Shown in pieces: positions 10,667 to 19,144 of a stretch of DNA of 25,811 bases; positions within the stretch are counted from its first letter, which is position 1; every line of letters starts with the position of its first letter. Source of the stretch: a virus (lineage: Duplodnaviria > Heunggongvirae > Uroviricota > Caudoviricetes). The position numbers and the translations under genes are program-made. The notes below the pieces were generated by a model. That model saw only the letters and a list, made by a program, of their open reading frames with translations, did not search any database and was not told the DNA's origin. The DNA is taken from the IMG/VR virus record IMGVR_UViG_2778261502_000009. One strand, given 5' to 3'.

Positions 10667-10837
10667 ATGTCAGAACGTAAAGACTCAAAATCACTCCGTA
10701 ATTATCTCGTTAAATGTTCCTGCCCAAACTGCACCCAAGAGTCAGAACACAGTTTTTCAAGAGTACAAAAAGGTGCCCTTTTGATCTGCCCTCATTGCAA
10801 CAAAGTATTCCAGACAAATCTTAAAGCTGTAGCCTGA
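10667..10837 (+). CDS. Small zinc-ribbon protein (56 aa, possibly YnfU-like)
   Basis: AGGAAAA lies 5 nt upstream of ATG 10667. Translation MSERKDSKSLRNYLVKCSCPNCTQESEHSFSRVQKGALLICPHCNKVFQTNLKAVA has CxCPNC ... CPHC. Below the ORF-track size cutoff. Confidence 0.55.
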   Translation: MSERKDSKSLRNYLVKCSCPNCTQESEHSFSRVQKGALLICPHCNKVFQTNLKAVA

Positions 10838-10892
10838 TTGATTTTATTAGTAACAAGTATTTTTTATATTTTAATAATATATTTAAAGCAGA

Positions 10893-10918
10893 TAATAAAA
10901 AACCCGCCTGAGCGGGTT
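10893..10918 (-). terminator. Rho-independent terminator downstream of cspB
   Basis: Hairpin AACCCGC-CTGA-GCGGGTT followed on the minus strand by a U-run (plus-strand A-run 10895..10902). Confidence 0.65.
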
Positions 10919-11200
10919 TGAGATTGTGGTGCTTTTTGTGGGAGTCATCCACTTACGCACTTTGTTTTGCCATGCCAGCAGTTAGCTTCTGCTGTAAAAC
11001 TATTCATGCAGCAAACCTGCACTTCACCACAATGGTTAGCATACTTTTCCTGATTAAGATTTTGCCAAATATGCTGGCCATTGTTTCATGTATTGGACCT
11101 CCTTAATTTTTATTAAAGAAATCCAATATTCACTACTCTGTCCGTATCTCTACTCAGGCATCAGCCTTCTTCGTTATCGTATACAGACGAGCGATGAATT

Positions 11201-11416
11201 TTAATCAGTAATGATGACATTTGCTGCTGCAGGACCTTTAGCACCACTCTCTATAGAGAAGGTAACCTTTTGACCTTCAAATAAGGTTCGATAATTATCA
11301 TTCTGAATCGCAGAAAAATGCACAAACACATCTTTACTACCATCAACAGGAGAAATAAAGCCGAAACCTTTATCAGCGTTAAACCATTTTACTAAACCAG
11401 TCATTTTATTTGACAT
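11201..11416 (-). CDS. cspB: Cold-shock protein (CspA family, CspB-like)
   Basis: 71 aa, [71 protein letters not shown]. Confidence 0.85.
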   Translation of the reverse strand: MSNKMTGLVKWFNADKGFGFISPVDGSKDVFVHFSAIQNDNYRTLFEGQKVTFSIESGAKGPAAANVIITD

Positions 11417-11716
11417 TCTACATTCCTTAACTTGAGCCTTTCGGCATAAATGGTTTGCATAACAGAAACGACTTCGTACTTAATTGGAGAGACTCAAAGA
11501 AGGAATAAGTGAATAACACCTGAAATGAGAACTGCTTTAGTAAACTACTTCGTATATCGTCTGTTCTTCAAACCGACGCAATCATTAACGCATAGTTGAA
11601 CATATGAAGCAATGTTTATTTTAGACATCCAGCCATCTTCAACCCCATCAAAAAACTATAGCTTTCTTCAGGAACGTGTGTATAGTGCGCCAAGTTATCA
11701 GTATTAAGGAATTTTT

Positions 11717-11929
11717 TTGTCCCGTAAAATGACAGGAATTGTCAAAACCTTTGACGGCAAAAGCGGCAAGGGTCTTATCACCCCATCCGATGGTCGTATC
11801 GATGTCCAGCTTCATGTTTCAGCGCTCAATCTCCGCGATGCAGAAGAAATTACCACCGGATTACGCGTGGAATTTTGCCGGATAAATGGTCTGCGTGGCC
11901 CTTCAGCTGCCAATGTTTACCTTTCATGA
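11717..11929 (+). CDS. cspF: Cold-shock-like protein (CspF/CspH type), apparent TTG start
   Basis: [38 protein letters not shown]...; the codon at 11717 is TTG, preceded by AAGGAA at a 6-nt spacing. I cannot distinguish cspF from cspH from memory. Confidence 0.7.
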
Positions 11930-11983
11930 GCTATATTAAAGCTTTAATTTCAGGCCCCATCGGATCACACATGGAGAGTTTTT

Positions 11984-12073
11984 ATGAATAACCCCGTCTG
12001 TCTTGATGACTGGTTGATTGGCTTTAAAAGCTTATGCTGTACTTTGGCCGTAATAGCTCTGCTAATAATATAA
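11984..12073 (+). CDS. Candidate small hydrophobic peptide (29 aa)
   Basis: GGAGAG lies 6-7 nt upstream of ATG 11984. Translation [29 protein letters not shown], followed about 150 nt later by a strong terminator. Not in the ORF track (under 60 aa). Confidence 0.35.
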
Positions 12074-12221
12074 TAAGCAGACTCATTGTGTTTAGGGACA
12101 TTGTACTGGAAGAAAACATTTTAAACATCAGGCAAATAACCAAGTCACCAGCTAAATAATAAGTTAACAGACATGAGTCCCGGGATGAGATTCAACATTA
12201 CCATTGCCCCATTTAAAGCAC

Positions 12222-12256
12222 AAAACCCGCTCATCAGCGGGTTTTCTACTTTTTCT
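12222..12256. terminator. Bidirectional rho-independent terminator (candidate tR' after Q on the minus strand; also terminates the cspF side)
   Basis: CCCGC-TCATCA-GCGGG with TTTTCTACTTTTTCTT on the plus strand and TTTTGTGCTTT on the minus strand. Confidence 0.6.
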
Positions 12257-12350
12257 TAACGTCGGGTATACAAAGCCCATCGTTGAAAAAATTTTATCCA
12301 TATTTTTTGAAAAATGCAAACATCATGTCGCCATCTTCAGCAAAAAACAT

Positions 12351-13103
12351 TTATCTCGTCACCTTCCTCAATTGCGCTTCCGCGTATGCTTCTTCCTGCC
12401 AGCACTTTGTTACCAGTTTACCAATGACGTCCGCATACCCCTTATACCACTGATAATCGGTCAGGTCTGGTACCAGCTTCTGGACATGACGTCGTGCCAG
12501 CGTGGTCGGTAAACGACTAAACCGGTTTCCATTACAACGCCCACAAATCTTATATACCGGTACGCCATGAAACCGGGTTCTTTTTTCATCCAGAACAATC
12601 CCTTTACCCTTACACCCTCTGCACGCTGTGCTGGCTTCGCCCTTACCATGGCAATGCTGACATAGTTCCTTCACCCATTCTTCCTTGATTACAGATTCCC
12701 CGCGTCTGTAGTGTTTCACCACTTCGCGCAATACATTATAAAATCCCGTACCTGAACAATGCTCACAGCGAGCCTTACTTGCCGCAGACCTGGAGTAATC
12801 AGCAAAGGCAAAACTCACGAGGTAAGGAATAATCTGTAACCGGATTTCTTCACTCAATTTGTTCAATGTCGGGTTATCCAGTGCCATCGCGTAATTTAGC
12901 AGGCCTTCAATCGCAAACTGAGGGTCCTGAACACCAACTTTTGCCAGAAATAAGGCCAACCCAAGTGGTGCTTTCGACTGCACCATCCCCTGCGCTGCCA
13001 TTACATCCGTAATTGTTAAACAACCGGTGCCTGTCGCTGGAGCGTCATCGCTCAATTTTGGAGATTTTGGGGAGTAATATTTTGGTAAGGCTTCAAGGTT
13101 CAT
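12351..13103 (-). CDS. Late-gene antiterminator Q
   Basis: ORF 12351..13133. GGAG lies 8 nt upstream of ATG 13103 (MNLEALPKYY...). Multiple Cys/His clusters (CEHCSGTG, CQHCHGKG, CRGCKGKG, CGRCNG) as in Q-family zinc-binding antiterminators. Confidence 0.75.
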   Translation of the reverse strand: MNLEALPKYYSPKSPKLSDDAPATGTGCLTITDVMAAQGMVQSKAPLGLALFLAKVGVQDPQFAIEGLLNYAMALDNPTLNKLSEEIRLQIIPYLVSFAFADYSRSAASKARCEHCSGTGFYNVLREVVKHYRRGESVIKEEWVKELCQHCHGKGEASTACRGCKGKGIVLDEKRTRFHGVPVYKICGRCNGNRFSRLPTTLARRHVQKLVPDLTDYQWYKGYADVIGKLVTKCWQEEAYAEAQLRKVTR

Positions 13104-13116
13104 GCTCGTTCTCCAC

Positions 13117-14166
13117 TTACGCCAGTACGCCAATTGCCAGCGCGCGATCGATAAAACGAAATATCAGCTCCAGTTGGGAGCCATACTTCTCTTCAAATGC
13201 CACTGTATCCGTATGCAGCTCGTTGTGATGCTTTCTGCACAAAGGCAACACAAAGAGATCATGTGCTTTTGTTCCCATTCCGCCCTGCCCGTGACCAATC
13301 AGATGATGCGGATCGTCGGCTGGCATACCGCAGCAAGCACACGGCTGTGTCTTAACCCAACGTGTGTATTTCTCCTTAACCCAGCGGCGACGTTTAGGCA
13401 GCTTCATGAAAGATTCCGGAGACTCTGGATCAACGGTGATGCTTACCACCGTCTTTTCCTGTGGTAGTTTTTGTTGCTGGTGGGCGTAAGGCAACGGTGC
13501 AAGATTTTTTGTGCGTTGTTTCAATATGCTGGTGGCGGTCTGCTCTCCCGGTACGATGTCGCTTTCGCGGTACACCGAGCAGATTTTTTCCGCTGGTAAT
13601 CCCAGCGAACGACGCGATACAGCCTCAGGTAGTGCATCCACCACCTGATTGCAGACCGCCCACCAGGATAATTCAGCCAAAGATAATTCCCGCTCCTGCG
13701 TACCGCTTATTGCGTGACGGATGACGTCAATCACCCATGCTGTCAGATTTTGTTGAGCAAGCAGCTCCAGTGATTCCGATGTCTGGTCACGCAGTTGGTT
13801 GTCGCAGTGCCAACACAACACCATTGCGCCGGTACCATAACGGTGAATGACTGTTTCAGTGTGATGGTAATCGCCATTAGGCCACTGGCAGGATGTAACA
13901 TGACGTAATAGCCAGTCAGACAATGAGCCAACGCCGCCAGCAGCACGAATCACCCGTTCGTTACTAAAAAACGGCAGCAATGTTTTGTCTTCCGCCAGCG
14001 GCTGGCCAACGGCAGGAACGACTCCGGATGGCAGATTACGCATGCTTTTTGGTTCCGGTTCCACCAGCACTCGAGGATTATGAAATATCTGTATGGATTC
14101 ACGGCCCGGCTTAAGGACCACCAGCCCAAGCTCAGGCACCAGAACAGGTCTAAGTAATACCCGCAC
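13117..14166 (-). CDS. DUF968-type protein (YdfU-like) with C-terminal Cys/His cluster
   Basis: ORF 13117..14205. GTG at 14166 follows GGAGG at a 4-nt spacing and sits 1 nt after the upstream stop, giving 349 aa. C-terminal CACCGMPADDPHHLIGHG...CRKHHNELH. Confidence 0.6.
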   Translation of the reverse strand: MRVLLRPVLVPELGLVVLKPGRESIQIFHNPRVLVEPEPKSMRNLPSGVVPAVGQPLAEDKTLLPFFSNERVIRAAGGVGSLSDWLLRHVTSCQWPNGDYHHTETVIHRYGTGAMVLCWHCDNQLRDQTSESLELLAQQNLTAWVIDVIRHAISGTQERELSLAELSWWAVCNQVVDALPEAVSRRSLGLPAEKICSVYRESDIVPGEQTATSILKQRTKNLAPLPYAHQQQKLPQEKTVVSITVDPESPESFMKLPKRRRWVKEKYTRWVKTQPCACCGMPADDPHHLIGHGQGGMGTKAHDLFVLPLCRKHHNELHTDTVAFEEKYGSQLELIFRFIDRALAIGVLA

Positions 14167-14167
14167 G

Positions 14168-14446
14168 TTACCTCCAGATCCGTTGCTGGAAAGTGCGGGA
14201 CGCACGTGGTGGGCGTTCGGAGTAAGGCAATCTGACTGAGATTATCCAGTGACGGTAGTCGAGACTAAGGGCTTTCTTAACCTCGTATCCGCGCCTGCGG
14301 TAACACTGAATTATCCATTCAGCCTGCTCTTCAGTGCATGGAGGGTGTTGGAACCATTCAGACTTGAATGCGTGAGAATACCGCTCGTGCGTGCAGGCAA
14401 GAACGGGCGAATTATCAGAATTGTAATATTTTACGTTGCGTGCCAT
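14168..14446 (-). CDS. Small hypothetical protein (Rem-like position)
   Basis: 92-aa ORF translationally coupled to the downstream DUF968 gene. Identity is by position only. Confidence 0.45.
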   Translation of the reverse strand: MARNVKYYNSDNSPVLACTHERYSHAFKSEWFQHPPCTEEQAEWIIQCYRRRGYEVKKALSLDYRHWIISVRLPYSERPPRASRTFQQRIWR

Positions 14447-14512
14447 CGGTTTTCTCCGGTGGCACGGTGTTACTCAGCGGGAGTTCAGCCCCGCGCAAGA
14501 TTGTAGATGAGT

Positions 14513-14764
14513 TTATTCTTCTGCAAAAGCTGAAAAGCCTGCTTTTATTCCGATCTCTTTCAGTGCCTGTAATGAAGTGACAAACTCACCTTCGCGCAAG
14601 ATAAATCTGTCTGTCACTCGACCATCCACAAAATTAATTAACGCAGCCCCATTCTTTCGCAAACACATAATGCGGTAATGACTAACAAGATTTCCATTTT
14701 CAACGCACACAGCATAGAGGCCATCTTCACAAAAAATTTTACGCAGTTCTTCGATGTTCATCAT
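14513..14764 (-). CDS. Hypothetical protein (83 aa)
   Basis: ORF-track entry MMNIEELRKIFCEDGLYAVCVENGNLVSHYRIM...; no recognisable motif. Confidence 0.4.
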   Translation of the reverse strand: MMNIEELRKIFCEDGLYAVCVENGNLVSHYRIMCLRKNGAALINFVDGRVTDRFILREGEFVTSLQALKEIGIKAGFSAFAEE

Positions 14765-14879
14765 CAGAATCCTTCCGGATAATTAGCTCTCCCCTTTAAG
14801 GGACCATCCCTCTTATCCCTGCGCGCTACTTAAGTATTTTTGATTCTATTCCGGCACCGTCCAGAACTTCAAACGCGTT

Positions 14880-14912
14880 GAAAATAAAAACAAAAACCCG
14901 CCGAAGCGGGTT
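14880..14912 (-). terminator. Rho-independent terminator downstream of hokD
   Basis: CCCGC-CGAA-GCGGG hairpin with a minus-strand U-run (plus-strand A-rich 14881..14896). Confidence 0.6.
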
Positions 14913-14980
14913 AAGTGCGGGTGCGTTGAGGATGCCTGACACATCAGAGGTGGCGAGGGATTTCTCCCTCGCCGGGTCTC

Positions 14981-15136
14981 TTACTCCTCAGGTTCGTAAG
15001 CTGTGAAGACAGCGACCTCCGTCTGGCCGGTTCGGATTCGTACCTCGCAGAGGTCTTTCCTCGTTACCAGTGCCGTCACTATGACGGTTAAACAGATGAC
15101 GATCAGGGCGATTAACATCGCCTTTTGCTGCTTCAT
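14981..15136 (-). CDS. hokD: Hok-family type I toxin (HokD/RelF-like)
   Basis: MKQQKAMLIALIVICLTVIVTALVTRKDLCEVRIRTGQTEVAVFTAYEPEE, 51 aa, from ATG 15136. The track ORF extends in frame upstream to 15193 (MLDTCRLASYVPKGKEKQS-). Confidence 0.85.
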   Translation of the reverse strand: MKQQKAMLIALIVICLTVIVTALVTRKDLCEVRIRTGQTEVAVFTAYEPEE

Positions 15137-15408
15137 AGACTGCTTCTCCTTGCCTTTCGGCACGTAAGAGGCTAACCTACATGTGTCTAGCATGAAATTG
15201 GCCTCAGATTAATGTTAAGCGTCTTGCAGGACGCGTAATGTTAACTGGGGCTTTTCTCTATCTGCCTTTGGTGTTCATGCCCGAGGCAGATAGCCTCAAG
15301 CACCCGCAGCCATTCTACTTAACTACCTTTACCTCGCCAATATGAAATCAGTCAGAAAGACGATCCATAAGAACAATAGCAAGATTTCTTAATGGAGATG
15401 GATGTAAG

Positions 15409-16896
15409 CTAAATATTTTGGCTCGGTCTGCTTTCTATTAAATGCAACCTGTATTTTAAAGCATGATGTGTCCTAAACTCATTTTGTAGATTAATTTTTA
15501 AGTTAGGCAAACTACTTACGTATTCCCATCTACCTTGTTTTTTTTGTCCGATAAGTGAGTTATCAAACAGGAAGTTGATATATTGACGTATCACCCCATC
15601 AGAAATACCTGCAAATTCATTACGGCACTTCTCGGAGAAATCATTAAAATCGAATGTTTCTACTTGGATAGTTTGAAGAACAGTTAGTAAGTTCTCAATT
15701 TCAGGGAATTGGTTGGACCATTCATCAATCACCTCATTGTACACACTTATAGATGCTTCACGGTCAGCTTCATAAAGCTCATTGGAAGTGTAAAGACCTG
15801 AGACATTATTTTTATGACATGCCCTAATTTTGTTGAAGTAGACAATAATATCCCTAGGCCTAAAGAAAGAACGGCGACATATATATTTAAATGGAGGAGT
15901 CCCCTGCCTAACGAATGAAACCTCAAATACTTTCCCAGATCTGTCCTTTTCGTCATCTAATATGAGATCATTAGGTTTGTATTTCTTTATCCTCTCATAA
16001 TACATATCGTTTAGATTATTTTCATTCCATGAGATTATGATAGCACTATCTTGCAATAATTTGTTTTTATCATTGAATTTCAAAGAATGATAAATATCCG
16101 TTCGTAGGAAGGAAATGACTTTTAATTTATCATTGAGGCGTTCATCAGATGCTATGTTTCTACAGACATTTAGCAGATTTATTAAAACCTTACTATATTC
16201 TTCAATTTGCCCCTCTAGCCAGTTTTCGTCTAATTGGTCAAGGGCGATAATTATTTTTTCATTACCAATGTTATCTTTAAAAATTTTTTCAAAATACGTA
16301 AGCAATGTGAAAGCATTAGCTCTTAGCTTTTGCTTTAGCTGAGCATTCTCAGCAACTTCCTCTAACGAAATTTCACCTGCGTCCAATGATACTTCATTAA
16401 GACCAGCACTGGGCCCTTTTATGGTTTTTAATCTGGTTATTTTTGAAAACAAAACCTCCCTAAGAGTTGGGTCGGGACTACCAAAGATAGTTTTGATATA
16501 ATTATGTGCCCACGTTAGATCTTTGTTTAAAGTCTCTCCAGCATCATTTTTTATTTCAATAAGTTTAGATAATGCCTTAATATAAAAAAGATACATCCAA
16601 CTTTTTTGATAAGCGGAAAGTTCTCCAGCCATTGCATCCTTGTAAAGTTGATGGGCTGGCCATGGATAGTCACTAAAATTTAGACATACTGAGTAAAACC
16701 CGTTGAGATTGGCTGGTTTTCCTCTTCTAAGGTGTTCATAAATGGCTGTTTTACCAGTACCTTTTCTTCCAAGAACCAACCAAGCCCTACTTTCAATAAT
16801 ATCCTTTATCGCCGGTAGCTTAAAAAAATAGGTCTGTAAGTCCCGATCTGTTTCTGCTGAAACTTGAAATTCTGGTAGCCAGTCTCTAATGTCCAC
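15409..16896 (-). CDS. P-loop NTPase of unknown family (495 aa) in an AT-rich single-gene island; candidate anti-phage/abortive-infection gene
   Basis: Walker A LVLGRKGTGKTAI (aa 41-53); Walker B-like IIIALDQLDE (aa 215-224). AGAGGA lies 4 nt upstream of the GTG start at 16896. Flanked by 215-bp and 317-bp AT-rich non-coding DNA, and the gene is visibly more AT-rich than its neighbours. Confidence 0.6.
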   Translation of the reverse strand: MDIRDWLPEFQVSAETDRDLQTYFFKLPAIKDIIESRAWLVLGRKGTGKTAIYEHLRRGKPANLNGFYSVCLNFSDYPWPAHQLYKDAMAGELSAYQKSWMYLFYIKALSKLIEIKNDAGETLNKDLTWAHNYIKTIFGSPDPTLREVLFSKITRLKTIKGPSAGLNEVSLDAGEISLEEVAENAQLKQKLRANAFTLLTYFEKIFKDNIGNEKIIIALDQLDENWLEGQIEEYSKVLINLLNVCRNIASDERLNDKLKVISFLRTDIYHSLKFNDKNKLLQDSAIIISWNENNLNDMYYERIKKYKPNDLILDDEKDRSGKVFEVSFVRQGTPPFKYICRRSFFRPRDIIVYFNKIRACHKNNVSGLYTSNELYEADREASISVYNEVIDEWSNQFPEIENLLTVLQTIQVETFDFNDFSEKCRNEFAGISDGVIRQYINFLFDNSLIGQKKQGRWEYVSSLPNLKINLQNEFRTHHALKYRLHLIESRPSQNI

Positions 16897-17213
16897 ATTT
16901 TCCTCTTTACATTACATTACCTTTATGTTTTTCCAAAATAAATCAAAGTCATATGGCGTATCAAGTTTTTTTGATTATTTATGAGCTCATACTCAAAAAA
17001 ATACTAAATCTAATTTATCTTACGTTAACTAAAGATTTCATATGTTAGTATGCTCAAGCAATGCTACTGCTGGAGTCTGATGATATCCGTTATACACTAA
17101 TTGCCACGCACACAAGCGACATCAGTTCATGGCACAAAGCAGACAACCACGCTACCTCTACCCTATGCCATGAAAATGTCAATTTACATCTTAACTAATG
17201 CACTTTAATCTCG

Positions 17214-17636
17214 TCACTTAAATAGATACCGAACATTTCCCTGATAAAACGACAATATGCGCTGCATAACTTCGCTCTTCCGGCACTCGCGACAGATTAT
17301 GTTTAGACGACTGTCGTAGCGACGTATTTCTCCATCAGGTAGTGACCAGATAAGGTCCGGATCAACCACAGCGGGTTTCTTCACCTTCGCCCTAGAGAGT
17401 TTTTTGCGGGCATTTTGCCAGTCCTTTCGTGCCTGTTCAGACGGGAATAACCCGTAGCCGGAGTTGTATACATAACCACTGGCAACCAGCTCTCTGGCAA
17501 GAATGCTCATCAGATATCTTGTCGCACCTGTTTTAGCTTCCAACTGTCGTAATGTCTCGCGACCGCTCTGGCGCACAAGTTCGACCACCTGCTCTTTAAT
17601 TTTTTCCCGCTCTTCCTGTGTAAAAACTTTTGCCAC
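17214..17636 (-). CDS. Hypothetical protein (140 aa), possible DNA-binding
   Basis: ORF-track entry; basic C-terminal half; no confident family assignment. Confidence 0.4.
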   Translation of the reverse strand: MAKVFTQEEREKIKEQVVELVRQSGRETLRQLEAKTGATRYLMSILARELVASGYVYNSGYGLFPSEQARKDWQNARKKLSRAKVKKPAVVDPDLIWSLPDGEIRRYDSRLNIICRECRKSEVMQRILSFYQGNVRYLFK

Positions 17637-17676
17637 AAGTCCTCCTTAAAATTACCTCATGACCTGAAATCAACAC

Positions 17677-18642
17677 TTATCCCCTGAAACCAGGCGGAAT
17701 TTCTGTATCCGGTTCAGAAATATGATTCACACAACGCTGTACAGGTGAACGTCCCAAGCGGATGACCAGTTCGTCCCATTTTTCGCGGAGTTTTGACGGG
17801 CTCATGATGTTTTTTACCCAGAATGGATCTCGCTGTACCCGACCAAACATTTCGCAAATTTGTCTGTGGCTTCTGCCATCCAGCATCCGCATTGTGCGCA
17901 CGTCATTGGCCCAGGCTGTCCAGTTAGGCTCTTTTGGTCGCATGATCTCTCCATCGTCGCTGGCAGCCTGTTCGTAAAGGTTCACGATCCGCCCCCAAAT
18001 CCACTGCGCACACGCCAAATCCTCCCTGCTACCCCACTGGCGTTTTTTCGCACTAAACACAACCGCGTCGGGGTTCCGGGTTAAAAAATCCTGTTCAGCG
18101 GTCTGCGGGTCCGGTTGCGAAGCTTCCGGACGAAAAGTGTTTTTATTCTCTGTAGTAATCTCTGTTGTATTCTCTGTAAGATCATCAGGCCATTTTGACC
18201 CGATGACATTGGGTCGTTTTGAACCAATGGAGCGTTTCATTTTGACCTCTTCCATCGTGTCATTTTGACCTGATGGAGCGGCGCATTTTGAACCGATGGA
18301 TTCGTTCAATTTGCCACCATCTAAAAGCTCGCTCCCATAGTTGATCGTGTAGAAATTGGTCATATCACGCTTTGATTTATTGAGCTTTTCACAACGCAAA
18401 AGCCCCAGCGTTTTCAGACTTGCAAACGCGCGCTTTAACGTTGACTCTGACCAGAATGGGAACTGTTCCAGCCATTGTTCCGTTGTGTTGTAAATCCAGC
18501 GAACACCATCACATTCCATGCCGGAATTGGTATCTCTCAACCAGTAATGCAACTGCTGCAACACAATGGCTTCATTTAAGCCAATCTTCATCGCAAGCTG
18601 TGTGTTTATAACCAGTGGGCGTTCAGCAAAAAGAAGGCTCAT
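17677..18642 (-). CDS. Phage replication initiation protein (O-like replisome organiser) containing the origin iterons
   Basis: ORF 17677..18696; ATG 18642 gives MSLLFAERPLVINTQLAMKIGLNEAIVLQQLHYWL... (winged-helix-like N-domain). The coding sequence contains a 23-bp-periodic iteron array (18191..18320) and encodes a repeated SIGSK motif, as lambda O contains ori. Confidence 0.6.
   Translation of the reverse strand: MSLLFAERPLVINTQLAMKIGLNEAIVLQQLHYWLRDTNSGMECDGVRWIYNTTEQWLEQFPFWSESTLKRAFASLKTLGLLRCEKLNKSKRDMTNFYTINYGSELLDGGKLNESIGSKCAAPSGQNDTMEEVKMKRSIGSKRPNVIGSKWPDDLTENTTEITTENKNTFRPEASQPDPQTAEQDFLTRNPDAVVFSAKKRQWGSREDLACAQWIWGRIVNLYEQAASDDGEIMRPKEPNWTAWANDVRTMRMLDGRSHRQICEMFGRVQRDPFWVKNIMSPSKLREKWDELVIRLGRSPVQRCVNHISEPDTEIPPGFRG
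18191..18320. repeat. Iteron array (putative origin of replication), 5-6 copies of CATTTTGA(A/C)C..GATGGAGCG at about 23-bp spacing
   Basis: Read directly: cattttgacc at 18191, 18238 and 18261, cattttgaac at 18284, and degenerate copies at 18217 and 18307. Adjacent AT-rich segment 18133..18180 has TCTCTGTA repeats. Confidence 0.7.
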
Positions 18643-19144
18643 AATTCCATCCAGCTTTTTGTTGGTATTGCAGTCGATACGCAAGTTTGAAAGCAATTGC
18701 TTTTTCTATAAGTTCGTCAGTTTCACGATCCACTACGGCAGGATCAGCAAAAAGCAGTCCGGACTCCACCACATCGCCATATTCTTTGTTTAACCCGGCG
18801 ATCATGTACGTGATGCTTTTTCCGTCACTAATTTCACGATACAACCTGAAATCATTAATCCGGATAGCCTCCATAATTGCAGGCACTAGCGCCGTGAACT
18901 TTTCACGCTTATCCCTAGTGTCGATAGCCTTCCAGCGTTCGAATATCTTCACTCGATTAACGCCAAGCGCTCGCTGATCAACCGCGCCACCTTCATCTGT
19001 GACACGCTGAACATCGATGTTCGGGCGCTCTTTCAAAGCCCAGAATGCTTCAGTGATTAATATCGTCGCCTGCTCCTGTGTCATTCCTGGTCGACATATC
19101 CAGGCATCCAGAGCCTCACGAGCCTGTTCAGGAGTGATTTTCAT
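18623..19144 (-). CDS. Hypothetical protein (173 aa) immediately downstream of dicC
   Basis: ORF-track entry. Overlaps the dicC 3' end by 17 nt and the replication gene start by 20 nt. No motif recognised. Confidence 0.45.
   Translation of the reverse strand: MKITPEQAREALDAWICRPGMTQEQATILITEAFWALKERPNIDVQRVTDEGGAVDQRALGVNRVKIFERWKAIDTRDKREKFTALVPAIMEAIRINDFRLYREISDGKSITYMIAGLNKEYGDVVESGLLFADPAVVDRETDELIEKAIAFKLAYRLQYQQKAGWNYEPSFC

Noticed and set aside
12204-12512. Track ORF 12204..12512 (+) and 12461..12649 (-)
   Set aside because: They overlap the 3' end of the Q gene and the terminator region; treated as alternate-frame artefacts.
15137-15193. In-frame upstream extension of hokD as a separate Mok-like gene
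   Set aside because: It is in the same frame as hok, not the classical overlapping out-of-frame mok; I cannot tell whether it is translated, so only the 51-aa toxin is called.
16896-16898. Alternative ATG (16898..16896) for the NTPase gene
   Set aside because: It is in a different frame from the long ORF and only 2 nt from the SD; the GTG at 16896 gives the full-length frame.
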